Shown in pieces: positions 1 to 8,795 of a stretch of DNA of 64,000 nucleotides. Each line of letters begins with the position of its first letter. Within the stretch, counting starts at the first letter, position 1. The notes beneath the pieces were generated by a model. The model had not been told where the DNA came from and made no database searches. It saw only the letters and a list, made by a program, of their open reading frames with translations. The translations under genes and the position numbers were made by a program. Origin of the DNA: an uncultured Klebsiella sp. (GTDB lineage: Bacteria > Pseudomonadota > Gammaproteobacteria > Pseudomonadales > UBA5518); contig CAZSYV010000003.1 of assembly GCA_964610955.1 (NCBI GenBank), positions 902 to 64,901 on the forward strand, written 5' to 3'.

Positions 1-101
1 TTCCTGCGAGCGACTGATCAGGCCTCGGGGACCCCGTCGCGGTCGGGGCCATCGTCCAGTCCCCGATCTTGCCGGAAGTGCACCCCTGGTGCGCGCTGGC
101 A

Positions 102-863
102 TCAACAGTCCTGCCAGCGTGGCGGGCGCTTTTCCAGAAAGGCCTGTACGCCCTCCAGCGTGTCCGCGCTTTTCGCGACCTCCCTGACCAGGCTGCGTTC
201 GAGCGCCAGCGCCTCATCGAGCGGCAGACGGCCACCCTCACGCACGGCGCGCAGGATGGCGTGCTGTGGGACCAGGCTGTGGCGCGTGCTCATTGCACTG
301 AACGTCTCCGCGAAGGCGACCACATCGTCCTCGTCCTCGCACATGCGGTTCACCAGACCGATCGAGGCTGCAGTGGCCCCGTCGACCGGGTCGCCGCTGA
401 GCATCATCTCGAGCGCCCGACTCTCGCCGATCAGGCGCGGCAGCAGCTGCGTGCCGCCGTAGGCCGGCAGCAGGCCGAGGCGAATCTCCGGCAGTCCAAG
501 TTTTGCGCTGCGTCGCGCGACGCGGAAGGTGCACGCCAGCGCGAGTTCGAGGCCGCCACCGAGCGCATGGCCGTTGATTGCCGCAATGATCGGTTTCGGG
601 AACTCGCGCAGGCAGGCGATCAGTCTGTGTACCCGTCGGATGCGCAGCTGCGGATCGGAGTGTGTCTCGGCCAGGTCGCTGCCGGCGCAGAACGCCCGCC
701 CTGCCCCGGTGATGATCACCACCCGGCTGCCACTGCGACGTTCGACGGTAAGCAGGGCGCCGAGTTGATCGAGCATCGCATTGCTGATGGTATTCAGGGC
801 TTGCGGCCGGCACAGGGTCAGTACCGTGCACGGTCCGCGTCGTTCGCTCTGTACCACGTCCAT
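102..863 (-). CDS. enoyl-CoA hydratase/isomerase (crotonase) family protein
   Basis: The translation contains crotonase motifs ITGAGRAFCAGSDL and INGHALGGGLELALAC. I moved the start from 899 to ATG 863 because GGGAGG lies ~7 nt upstream. Confidence 0.85.
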   Translation of the reverse strand: MDVVQSERRGPCTVLTLCRPQALNTISNAMLDQLGALLTVERRSGSRVVIITGAGRAFCAGSDLAETHSDPQLRIRRVHRLIACLREFPKPIIAAINGHALGGGLELALACTFRVARRSAKLGLPEIRLGLLPAYGGTQLLPRLIGESRALEMMLSGDPVDGATAASIGLVNRMCEDEDDVVAFAETFSAMSTRHSLVPQHAILRAVREGGRLPLDEALALERSLVREVAKSADTLEGVQAFLEKRPPRWQDC

Positions 864-938
864 CGTTGGACCTCCCTGCTTCATGTCTGAGTGTTCCACC
901 TGGTAGGTTGGGCCGCTGCCCGCCGGACCCGGAGCGCA

Positions 939-2738
939 TCACGCACCCGAGGCGCGTTCCTCGAGTTCGCTCCAGCGCGTGAATGCCGTCTCGAGTTCCT
1001 CGGTGATTGCCGCGGCACGCAGCGCCGCCGCATGCAGTTCGTCCACCGACGCGCTCGCCATGCCGGCGAGCAGCGTGGCCTGCTCCTGTTCGAGCGCCTC
1101 GATCTGCACCGGCAGTTCGGCGAGCTCACGCTGTTCACGGAAACCGAGCCGGCGAGCCGCGGCTGGAGACCTGCTTTCCACACGGACACGGGCAGGAGGA
1201 GCCGCCGCAGCCGGCACCGCGTCTGCAGGTGGCGGCGGACGCTGTGCGAGCCAGTCGGTGTATCCCCCGGCGTATTCCTGCCAGTGCCCGTCGCCCTCGG
1301 CAACCAGGGTCTGCGTGACGACGTTGTCGAGAAAGGTGCGGTCGTGCGTGACCAGCAACAGCGTGCCCGCGTAGCTCTGTAGCGTCTCCTCGAGCAGCTC
1401 GAGTGACTCGATGTCCAGATCGTTGGTTGGTTCGTCGAGCACGAGCAGGTTGGCAGGGCGCGCGAACAACCGTGCCAGCAACAGTCGGTTGCGCTCTCCG
1501 CCCGAGAGCGTGCCGACCGGGGAGCTGGCGCGCTGCGGTGCGAAGAGGAAGTCACCCAGATAGCTGATCACATGGCGCCGCTGACCGGCAGTCTCGATCC
1601 ACTCGGAGCCGGGGCTGATCGTCTCGATGATGGTCTTCTGTGGGTCGAGCTGTTCGCGCAGCTGGTCGAAGTAGGCTACCTCGAGTCCGCTGCCGAGGCG
1701 TACCGTGCCGGTGTCTGGCACGAGCTGACCAAGGATCAGGCGGATCAGTGTGCTCTTGCCGGCCCCGTTTGGCCCGATCAGACCGATCCGGTCGCCGCGT
1801 AGCACACGCAGCGACAGGTCGCGCACCACATGACGCCCGTCGAACTGCTTGCCGACTCCCTCGAGTTCGGCAACCAGCTTGCCCGAGCGTGCACCGGCAT
1901 CGAGGCGCAGCCGCACCTTGCCGATGCGCTCGCGACGTTCTGCCCGTTCGCTGCGCAGCTGTTCCAGCCGCCGTACCCGCCCCTCGTTGCGGGTACGGCG
2001 CGCCTTGATTCCCTGGCGGATCCACACTTCTTCCTGCGCCCAGAACGCATCGAACTTGCGCGCTGCCGTTTCCTCGGTTGCCAGCTGTTCCGCCTTGCGC
2101 GCCGTGTAGGCGGCGAAATTTCCCGGAAAGGAGCGCAGCAGGCCCCGATCGAGCTCGACGATCCGGGTGGCAAATCGATCGAGGAAACTGCGGTCATGCG
2201 TGATCACGATGGCTGCCGACACGCGGGGCAGCAGCTCCTCGAGCAGTTCGATGCCGTCGATGTCGAGGTGGTTCGTGGGCTCGTCGAGCAGCAGCAGGTC
2301 GGGGCTGGATGCCAGGGCGAGCGCGAGAGCCGCACGTTTTTGCTCGCCCCCCGAAAGCCGTGCCGTGCCGCGTTCGGCGTCGAGCCCGAAACGCTGCAGG
2401 AACTCGCGCAGCCTGGCCTCGAGGCGCCACGGCTCACCGTCATCGATCAGTGCCTGTGCGGCGGCGCGCGCAAGCAGGCTCTCGAGCAGGCTTGTTTCCT
2501 GTGGCAGATCGGGTTCCTGCTCGACCAGCACCACGCGCAGGCCGCCATCGCGTCGCACCGTGCCTTCATCGAGCGCGACGCGCCCGGTGATGACGCCAAG
2601 CAGCGATGACTTGCCGGTGCCGTTGCGCCCGATCAGGCCGATGCGCTCGCCACGGTCCACCGTGAGCGAGGCCTCGTCGAGCAGCGGCTGCAGCCCGTAC
2701 GCAAGGCCGGCGCGTTCGATGCCGAGCAGTACGCTCAT
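939..2738 (-). CDS. uup: ABC-F family ATPase, Uup-like
   Basis: Two ABC cassettes are present (Walker A GRNGTGKSS and GPNGAGKST; signatures LSGGEQKR and LSGGERNR). There is no TM domain, and the C-terminal tail is coiled-coil. Start set at ATG 2738 (MSVLLGIERAG). The 697-aa track ORF is an upstream read-through into the neighbouring gene. Confidence 0.85.
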   Translation of the reverse strand: MSVLLGIERAGLAYGLQPLLDEASLTVDRGERIGLIGRNGTGKSSLLGVITGRVALDEGTVRRDGGLRVVLVEQEPDLPQETSLLESLLARAAAQALIDDGEPWRLEARLREFLQRFGLDAERGTARLSGGEQKRAALALALASSPDLLLLDEPTNHLDIDGIELLEELLPRVSAAIVITHDRSFLDRFATRIVELDRGLLRSFPGNFAAYTARKAEQLATEETAARKFDAFWAQEEVWIRQGIKARRTRNEGRVRRLEQLRSERAERRERIGKVRLRLDAGARSGKLVAELEGVGKQFDGRHVVRDLSLRVLRGDRIGLIGPNGAGKSTLIRLILGQLVPDTGTVRLGSGLEVAYFDQLREQLDPQKTIIETISPGSEWIETAGQRRHVISYLGDFLFAPQRASSPVGTLSGGERNRLLLARLFARPANLLVLDEPTNDLDIESLELLEETLQSYAGTLLLVTHDRTFLDNVVTQTLVAEGDGHWQEYAGGYTDWLAQRPPPPADAVPAAAAPPARVRVESRSPAAARRLGFREQRELAELPVQIEALEQEQATLLAGMASASVDELHAAALRAAAITEELETAFTRWSELEERASGA

Positions 2739-2760
2739 CGCGGTTCCCGCGCCCCGAGTC

Positions 2761-3186
2761 TCATTCGACGGTGATCGTGATCCGCTCGGAGACCACCGGC
2801 GGCTGGTGCGGGATGTGCAGCTCATCGCCAAGCAGCAGCTGCAGCGTGTGTTTGCCGGGTGCGAGTTCGAGTGTGGTTTCGGTCTGTCCGGCGCCGAAGT
2901 GGCGGTGATGCTCATCGGCGGGTATCGGTTGGTCGAGTGCCGGCAGCTCGGCAACGTCGACGAGCAGGTGGTGGTGCCCGGTGTTCGGGCGATCCACGCC
3001 GGCCGGCGCCACACCCATGCCGTGCAGGCCAAAGCGCACGGTCAGTGGACTTTTCACCACCGCTCCGTCGGCCAGGTCGATGAAATAGACGCTGGCACCC
3101 TCGGGTGCCGGTGTTGCTGCCAGTGCTGCAGCCGCCGTCGCGAGACCAAGCACGGCGGTGCACAGGAGACGGGTCAGGGTGTTCAT
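2761..3186 (-). CDS. periplasmic DUF4399-like protein
   Basis: Signal peptide MNTLTRLLCTAVLGLATAAAALA is followed by a His-rich domain (GHHHLLVD, DEHHRHFG, GKHTLQL). GAGGAG precedes ATG 3186. The DUF assignment is from memory of the family. Confidence 0.65.
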   Translation of the reverse strand: MNTLTRLLCTAVLGLATAAAALAATPAPEGASVYFIDLADGAVVKSPLTVRFGLHGMGVAPAGVDRPNTGHHHLLVDVAELPALDQPIPADEHHRHFGAGQTETTLELAPGKHTLQLLLGDELHIPHQPPVVSERITITVE

Positions 3187-3286
3187 CGAGGTTCTCCTCA
3201 GGCGAAACGGGAGCGGCAGCATAGCAAATGTGCCGAGGATGCCGATTGCCGGAACCCCAGACGGTGGAAGCGGTTAGAATCCGCCG

Positions 3287-5461
3287 ATGCGCGCAGAAGA
3301 CATCCTCGAGACACTCAATCCCTCACAGCGCGAGGCGGTCAGCGCCGGTGCCGACGTGAATCTGCTCGTCCTGGCGGGCGCCGGGAGCGGCAAGACGCGC
3401 GTGCTCGTGCACCGCATCGCCTGGCTGATCCATCACGAAGGGCTCTCTCCCCATGAACTGATGGCCGTGACCTTCACCAACAAGGCGGCCCGCGAGATGC
3501 GCAGCCGGATCGCGGAGATGATCCAGGTGCCGAGCGGGGGCATGTGGGTGGGCACCTTTCATGGGCTGGCGCACCGTTTGCTCAGGGCGCACTGGCACGA
3601 GGCAGGCCTGGCGCAGAACTTCCAGATCCTCGATGCCGATGACCAGCAGCGTGTACTGAAGCGCGTCTGTCGCGAACTCGGAATCGACGAGGACCGCTAT
3701 CCGCTGCGCCAGACGCAGGGCTGGATCAACGGGCACAAGGACGAGGGTCGCCGGGCGGCGCATATCGAGGATTTCGGGACCGACCGCTCCCTCACCACGC
3801 TGCTGAGTGTCTACCGGGCCTATGAGAGCGCCTGTGAGCGCGGTGGCTTGGTCGACTTTGCGGAGCTGCTGCTGCGCTCGCACGAGCTGTGGCTGAAGAA
3901 TGAGGCGCTGCTTGCGCACTACCGCCAGCGCTTCCGTCACGTCCTGGTCGACGAGTTCCAGGACACCAACACGCTTCAGTACGCCTGGCTGCGTGTTCTT
4001 GCCGGCACCAGCACCCGCCTCACGGTGGTCGGTGACGATGACCAGTCGATCTATGGCTGGCGTGGCGCAAGGATCGAGAACATCCACCGCTTCGAGCGCG
4101 ACTTCGCCAACACGCAGGTGGTGCGGCTGGAGCAGAACTACCGCTCGACCGCTGCGATCCTCGATGCTGCGAATGCGGTGATCGCGCACAACCGCTCGCG
4201 CTTTGGCAAGCAGCTGTGGACCAGTGGGGAGCGCGGTGAGCTGATTGCGCTCTACGCCGCGTTCAACGAGCAGGACGAGGCACGCTTCATCGTCGATCGC
4301 ATCAGCGACTGGATCGGCAAGGGCAATGCACGCGGTGAGGTTGCGGTGCTCTATCGTTCGAACGCGCAGTCACGAGTGCTCGAGGAGGCGCTGTTGCGCG
4401 CGGCCATCCCGTATCGTGTCTACGGCGGGCAGCGCTTCTACGAACGACTCGAGATCAGGAACGCGCTTGCCTACCTGCGCCTGCTCGGCAACCGGGATGA
4501 CGATGCGGCGCTCGAGCGCATCATCAATACTCCGCCGCGAGGCATCGGCAGTGCAACCCTCGATGCGCTGCGCGAGCGTGCACGGGCTGAAGGCGTGTCG
4601 CTGTGGCGTGCGATACCCGCGATTCTGGCGCAGCTCTCCGCCCGGGCACGCAACGCGCTCGTCGCCTTCACCGAGCTGATCGAGCGTCTGGAAGCGGACG
4701 CAGGAACGATGGAGCTCGCGACACTGGTCGATCACACGCTCGGTGTCAGTGGTCTGCTCGAGTTCCATCGCAACGAGAAGGGTGAGCGTGGACTGACGCG
4801 CGTGGAGAACCTCGGGGAACTGGTGAGTGCCTGCCGGCAGTTCGTGCCCGAGGATCCCCAGGGCAGTACGCTGCAGCAGTTCCTGGACAGCAGCTCGCTC
4901 GATGCCGGTGAGGGGCAGGCCGGCGAAGGCGAGGACAGCGTGCAGCTGATGACGCTGCACTCCTCGAAGGGGCTCGAGTTCGCTCTGGTGTTCATTGCGG
5001 GAATGGAAGAGAACCTGTTTCCGCACCGCATGGCGATCGACGAGCCAGGGCGGCTCGAGGAGGAGCGTCGGCTGGCGTACGTCGGCATCACCCGTGCGAT
5101 GCGGGTGCTGTATCTGAGCCATGCCGAGTCGCGTCGACTGCACGGCATGGAGACGCACAATCCGCCGTCGCGCTTCCTGCGCGAAATCCCGCCGGAGCTG
5201 CTGCACGAAGTGCGCCCACGCGTGGCGCTTGCCCGGCCGGTGATGACGTCGCGCGGCATGGGGCGCGCTGCAGTGCAGCGTGAGGAACGCCTGCCGGACG
5301 GGCTGCGGCTTGGCCAGAGCGTGCGCCATCCGACGTTTGGCGAAGGAGTGATCATCGACTTCGAAGGCGGGGGGACGAGCGCCCGGGTCAACGTGAACTT
5401 CCGCAGCGCGGGCGCGAAGTGGCTGGTGCTGCCCTACGCCAGGCTCGAACCGCTCGGCTGA
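3287..5461 (+). CDS. uvrD: DNA helicase II (UvrD)
   Basis: SF1 helicase motifs are present (LVLAGAGSGKTRVL, TFTNKAAREM, VDEFQDTN). The N-terminus is collinear with E. coli UvrD, and the 724-aa length fits. Confidence 0.92.
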   Translation: MRAEDILETLNPSQREAVSAGADVNLLVLAGAGSGKTRVLVHRIAWLIHHEGLSPHELMAVTFTNKAAREMRSRIAEMIQVPSGGMWVGTFHGLAHRLLRAHWHEAGLAQNFQILDADDQQRVLKRVCRELGIDEDRYPLRQTQGWINGHKDEGRRAAHIEDFGTDRSLTTLLSVYRAYESACERGGLVDFAELLLRSHELWLKNEALLAHYRQRFRHVLVDEFQDTNTLQYAWLRVLAGTSTRLTVVGDDDQSIYGWRGARIENIHRFERDFANTQVVRLEQNYRSTAAILDAANAVIAHNRSRFGKQLWTSGERGELIALYAAFNEQDEARFIVDRISDWIGKGNARGEVAVLYRSNAQSRVLEEALLRAAIPYRVYGGQRFYERLEIRNALAYLRLLGNRDDDAALERIINTPPRGIGSATLDALRERARAEGVSLWRAIPAILAQLSARARNALVAFTELIERLEADAGTMELATLVDHTLGVSGLLEFHRNEKGERGLTRVENLGELVSACRQFVPEDPQGSTLQQFLDSSSLDAGEGQAGEGEDSVQLMTLHSSKGLEFALVFIAGMEENLFPHRMAIDEPGRLEEERRLAYVGITRAMRVLYLSHAESRRLHGMETHNPPSRFLREIPPELLHEVRPRVALARPVMTSRGMGRAAVQREERLPDGLRLGQSVRHPTFGEGVIIDFEGGGTSARVNVNFRSAGAKWLVLPYARLEPLG

Positions 5462-5465
5462 GCGC

Positions 5466-5873
5466 TCAGCGTGGCGGCACCGGTCGCGTGCGCCCTTCCT
5501 CGTCGATCGCAACGAACACGAAGCTGCCTTCGGTGACCTTGTGGACGATTGGTGCAGCACCGGTTGCCACGGTCAGGCGCGACCAGACTTCGACCTGCAC
5601 CTGGACCGAACTGCGCCCGACTGCCATCACCTGCACATAGCAGCTCACCAGCGCCCCCACCTTGACCGGGACCATGAAGCTCATGCGGTCGATCGCGACC
5701 GTGGCGACACGCCCTGCAGCGACCTCGGCTGCGATCACCGAGCCGGCAAGGTCCATCTGCGACAGCAGCCACCCGCCGAAGATGTCGCCGCTGGCATTGG
5801 TGTCCTTGGGCATGGCGATGGTCTGCAGCGCAAGTTGGCCGCTGGGTTTCGGGGATTCGTCACATCTCGCCAT
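5466..5873 (-). CDS. yciA: acyl-CoA thioesterase, YciA-type hotdog fold
   Basis: LQTIAMPKDTNASGDIFGGWLLSQMD and the rest of the 135-aa protein are collinear with E. coli YciA. Confidence 0.85.
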   Translation of the reverse strand: MARCDESPKPSGQLALQTIAMPKDTNASGDIFGGWLLSQMDLAGSVIAAEVAAGRVATVAIDRMSFMVPVKVGALVSCYVQVMAVGRSSVQVQVEVWSRLTVATGAAPIVHKVTEGSFVFVAIDEEGRTRPVPPR

Positions 5874-5921
5874 CGATCGGGATTCCTTGTTTGGGATGCG
5901 TGGGCATGGATTGGCTTGTGC

Positions 5922-7208
5922 TCAGGGCGCCGATGCCCCGCCGAGCGGCTCTGCCGCCCGCTTGCGGGCAAATGCCGCTGCCGCCGAGTGACCGTCGGCA
6001 ACCGCTGCGTAGCGCCTGGCTGCGGTTGCCGCGTCACCCAGTCCGCGCGCGACCTCGGCAAGCCCCAGCGTCGCCTCCACGGTAGGCAGAAGGCGATTTG
6101 CCGCCAGCAGATCCTCCCCGGCAGGTTCGAGATTTCCATGTACGAGGTGCAGCAGCCCGCGCAGCAGGTGCGGCCTGAAGAAATCCGGATCCAGTGCAAT
6201 CGCGCGGTTCAGCGCACTGAATGCGACGGCCGGGCGTGTCAGCCGCCACGCAGCAACCGCCCGCAACTCGTGAAACAGTGCCTCGCGCGGCTGGAGTCGC
6301 AGCGCCTCGGCGGCGAAGCCGAGCGCCCGTTCGTTGTCTCCCGCTGCCAGCGCATCGAGTGCGCTGGCATGGAGGGTGTAGGCCGCGGCGTCGCGGCGCA
6401 GTCGCCTGGTCCGCTCCTGGAAGCGCACCAGGCCGCGCTCGCCAGTGCCGAGCCGCCGTGCGCCCTGCCCTGCTGCCTCGAGGCGCTGCTCCGTACAGCG
6501 GTGGATTGCGAAGTCCGGATCGGCCCGGTCGATTTCGCCACCCGGCGCGCACAGGTGCTGCAGCAACCGCAGCAGCGCCTGCGGATCGTAACCGGCACGC
6601 TCGAGCTGCCGCAGTGCTGCCTCGTCGGTCGAAGGCGCGGCGGTACCGGTAGGCGGTTCATGTGCCGTGTCTGTGCCGTCTCCGGTGCGCAGCGTGATCT
6701 CGTACCACTGCGCCCCGTCACGCGCGGTTCCGATCGTCACCAGCCGCGCCGTCGGTTCACCGAGCATCGATTGTGCATCGATGTCGGCGCCATGCAGCAC
6801 GTGTTCGAGTGCGAGCAGCAGCAGTGCCGCGAGCTCGGCCTCGTCATCGAGCGCGAGCAGCAGGCCGCGGGTCACTGCCACCTTGCCGCCAGGAAATGCC
6901 CACGCGCCCGCAGACGATTCGTTCAGCACCACGAATCTCCAGTCCAGCGCCGGCCGTTCACTGAGGCGTGCGAGCGTCGTGCCAACGCCACTCACGTAGG
7001 CTGCGAGTTCCGGATCCAGGCTCCAGCTGCCGCCGGCGCGCTGGCGTCGTATCGTGAACAGCGCCTCGCCGAACCGGGCCTGCTGCTGGGCATCCGGTCG
7101 AACTGTCTGTGGGGAATTGCCGTCGTGCTGCTGCAACGCACAGCCCGATCCAAGGATGCCGAGGACGAGCAGAACGGCGAGCTGACGGATGATTCGTGTG
7201 TGTGTCAT
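5922..7208 (-). CDS. BepA-like M48 peptidase-fold / TPR protein with degenerate zinc motif
   Basis: The N-terminal signal resembles a lipoprotein signal (LVLGILGSGC). An M48-type block follows (VLNESSAGAWAFPGGKVAVTRGLLLALDDEAELAALL). Where HExxH is expected the sequence is LEHVL (codons read at 6792..6809). The C-terminal half is TPR-like. Confidence 0.65.
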   Translation of the reverse strand: MTHTRIIRQLAVLLVLGILGSGCALQQHDGNSPQTVRPDAQQQARFGEALFTIRRQRAGGSWSLDPELAAYVSGVGTTLARLSERPALDWRFVVLNESSAGAWAFPGGKVAVTRGLLLALDDEAELAALLLLALEHVLHGADIDAQSMLGEPTARLVTIGTARDGAQWYEITLRTGDGTDTAHEPPTGTAAPSTDEAALRQLERAGYDPQALLRLLQHLCAPGGEIDRADPDFAIHRCTEQRLEAAGQGARRLGTGERGLVRFQERTRRLRRDAAAYTLHASALDALAAGDNERALGFAAEALRLQPREALFHELRAVAAWRLTRPAVAFSALNRAIALDPDFFRPHLLRGLLHLVHGNLEPAGEDLLAANRLLPTVEATLGLAEVARGLGDAATAARRYAAVADGHSAAAAFARKRAAEPLGGASAP

Positions 7209-7324
7209 CGGGACTGATGGTTTCCCGCGGGCATCAGGAGAGCGGAAGAGTCGTTGTTCGGAGGCGGTGCATTATAGCGGGGTCAGCCTGTACGCTGGCG
7301 AAGAGAACTTCGCGTACAATACAT

Positions 7325-7346
7325 GCATTTCCGTTGCTTGAAATGC
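7325..7346. repeat. inverted repeat GCATTTC-N8-GAAATGC just downstream of a TACAAT hexamer
   Basis: TACAAT is at 7315..7320. The 7-bp arms are at 7325..7331 and 7340..7346. This lies about 55 nt upstream of the rubredoxin-reductase ATG. Confidence 0.5.
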
Positions 7347-7398
7347 GAACGCCACCACCCGAATGTGCGGATGGTGCAGCCGTACTGGAGAGAGGCCC

Positions 7399-8766
7399 AT
7401 GGCACGCTGGGAATGCATCGTCTGCGGTTGGGTTTACGACGAAGCGAAAGGCTGGCCCGACGATGACATTGCGCCCGGCACGACCTGGGACCGGGTGCCG
7501 GCAGATTTCCTCTGTCCCGAGTGCGGCGCCCCCAAGGAAGATTTCATGTGCATCGATCCCCCCGGCACGGCGCAGGGCGCCCGGCAGGCAGGCGTGCCGG
7601 AGCCACCGCGTCCGCTGACGGTGATCGGCAGTGGCCTTGCGGGTTACTCGCTGTTGCGCGAGTTTCGCAAGCTCGACACCACCACGCCGCTGCTGCTGAT
7701 CACGGCCGACGACGGACGGGCCTATTCCAAGCCGATGCTGTCCACCGGATTCACGCGCTCGCTTGCACCGGAACAGCTTGCGACGGCAGATGCCAATGAA
7801 ATGGCGAAGACACTGAATGCCGACATACGCACGCATGCACAGGTGCGCTCGATCGACACCGAGCGCCGTGAGCTGCAGCTGGCCGATGGTTCGGTGGAGA
7901 CCTGGGGAAGGCTGGTGATCGCCAGCGGCGCTGAAATCGTCCACCCGCCGCTCGAGGGCAATGCCGTTGAGCAGCTGCATGCGGTGAATGATCTGCTGGA
8001 CTACACACGCTGGCGCAGCGCGCTCGCCGATGGTCGCGTGCGCAAGGTGCTGTTGATCGGCGCCGGACTGATCGGCTGCGAATTCTGCAATGATCTTGGC
8101 AATGCGGGAATCAGCGCCGAGGTCGTCGATCCGCTGGCCTGGTGCCTGCCGACGCTGTTGCCGGAGGCGCTTGGGCGCGCGTTGCAGCACGCGCTCGAAG
8201 ACCTGGGGGCAAGGTTTCACTTCGGCACCGTGGTGCGCTCCCTCGACCATGGCGCAGCGGGCAAGGGCATCGTTGCCACACTGGCCGATGGCAGCAGGAT
8301 CGAGGCCGATGCAGCGCTGTCGGCGATCGGTGTGCGTCCGCGTGTGTCGCTGGCGCGCACGGCAGGGCTTGCGGTGAATCGTGGCATCGTCGTCGATCGC
8401 CTGCTGCAGACCAGCGCTGCCGGGGTGTATGCGCTCGGGGACTGCGCCGAGGTCGATGGTCATGTGCTCCATCATGTTGCGCCACTGATGGCGTGTGCGC
8501 GTGCGCTCGCCCAGACGCTTGCGGGCAATCCGACGCGAGTCGAATACCCGGGGATGTCGGTCACGCTGAAGACACCCGCCTGCCCCGTGGTCGTTGCCGC
8601 CCCGCCAGTTGGTGCAGAGGGTGCGTGGTCGGTGCACGGTACCGCGCCTGACTTCACTGCAGAGTTCCGTACCCTGGATGGGGTGTTGCGGGGCTTTGCC
8701 CTGAGCGGTGCCGAAGTGCAGCACAAGGTACGGCTGCTGCCCGAGCTGCCGCCGCTGTTGACCTGA
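7399..8766 (+). CDS. rubredoxin fused to rubredoxin-NAD(+) reductase
   Basis: The N-terminal rubredoxin has two CxxC pairs (CIVCGWVYDE and CPECGAPK). A ~25-aa Pro/Ala linker joins it to an FAD/NAD(P) reductase (VIGSGLAGY, LLIGAGLIGCE). GGAGAGAGG precedes ATG 7399. Confidence 0.85.
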   Translation: MARWECIVCGWVYDEAKGWPDDDIAPGTTWDRVPADFLCPECGAPKEDFMCIDPPGTAQGARQAGVPEPPRPLTVIGSGLAGYSLLREFRKLDTTTPLLLITADDGRAYSKPMLSTGFTRSLAPEQLATADANEMAKTLNADIRTHAQVRSIDTERRELQLADGSVETWGRLVIASGAEIVHPPLEGNAVEQLHAVNDLLDYTRWRSALADGRVRKVLLIGAGLIGCEFCNDLGNAGISAEVVDPLAWCLPTLLPEALGRALQHALEDLGARFHFGTVVRSLDHGAAGKGIVATLADGSRIEADAALSAIGVRPRVSLARTAGLAVNRGIVVDRLLQTSAAGVYALGDCAEVDGHVLHHVAPLMACARALAQTLAGNPTRVEYPGMSVTLKTPACPVVVAAPPVGAEGAWSVHGTAPDFTAEFRTLDGVLRGFALSGAEVQHKVRLLPELPPLLT

Positions 8767-8795
8767 GGATCGGGGCCTGGCCTTGCGATCCGGAT

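Noticed and set aside
1-52. A possible 5' end of a minus-strand gene. The start would be the ATG at 50..52 on the minus strand, reading MAPTATGSPRPDQ, with GGGGA upstream.
   Set aside because: Only 17 codons are visible before the window edge and there is no recognisable motif. The evidence is insufficient.
2739-3032. The N-terminal 98-codon extension of the uup ORF, which overlaps the DUF4399 gene.
   Set aside because: The ABC-F N-terminus begins at MSVLLGIERAG (ATG 2738). The extension overlaps a gene that has its own signal peptide and SD, and it has no protein-like features.
5541-7217. A 558-aa plus-strand ORF.
   Set aside because: It is antisense to yciA and the M48/TPR gene. It is Arg/Cys/Gln-rich with no motifs, so I treat it as a GC-rich shadow ORF.
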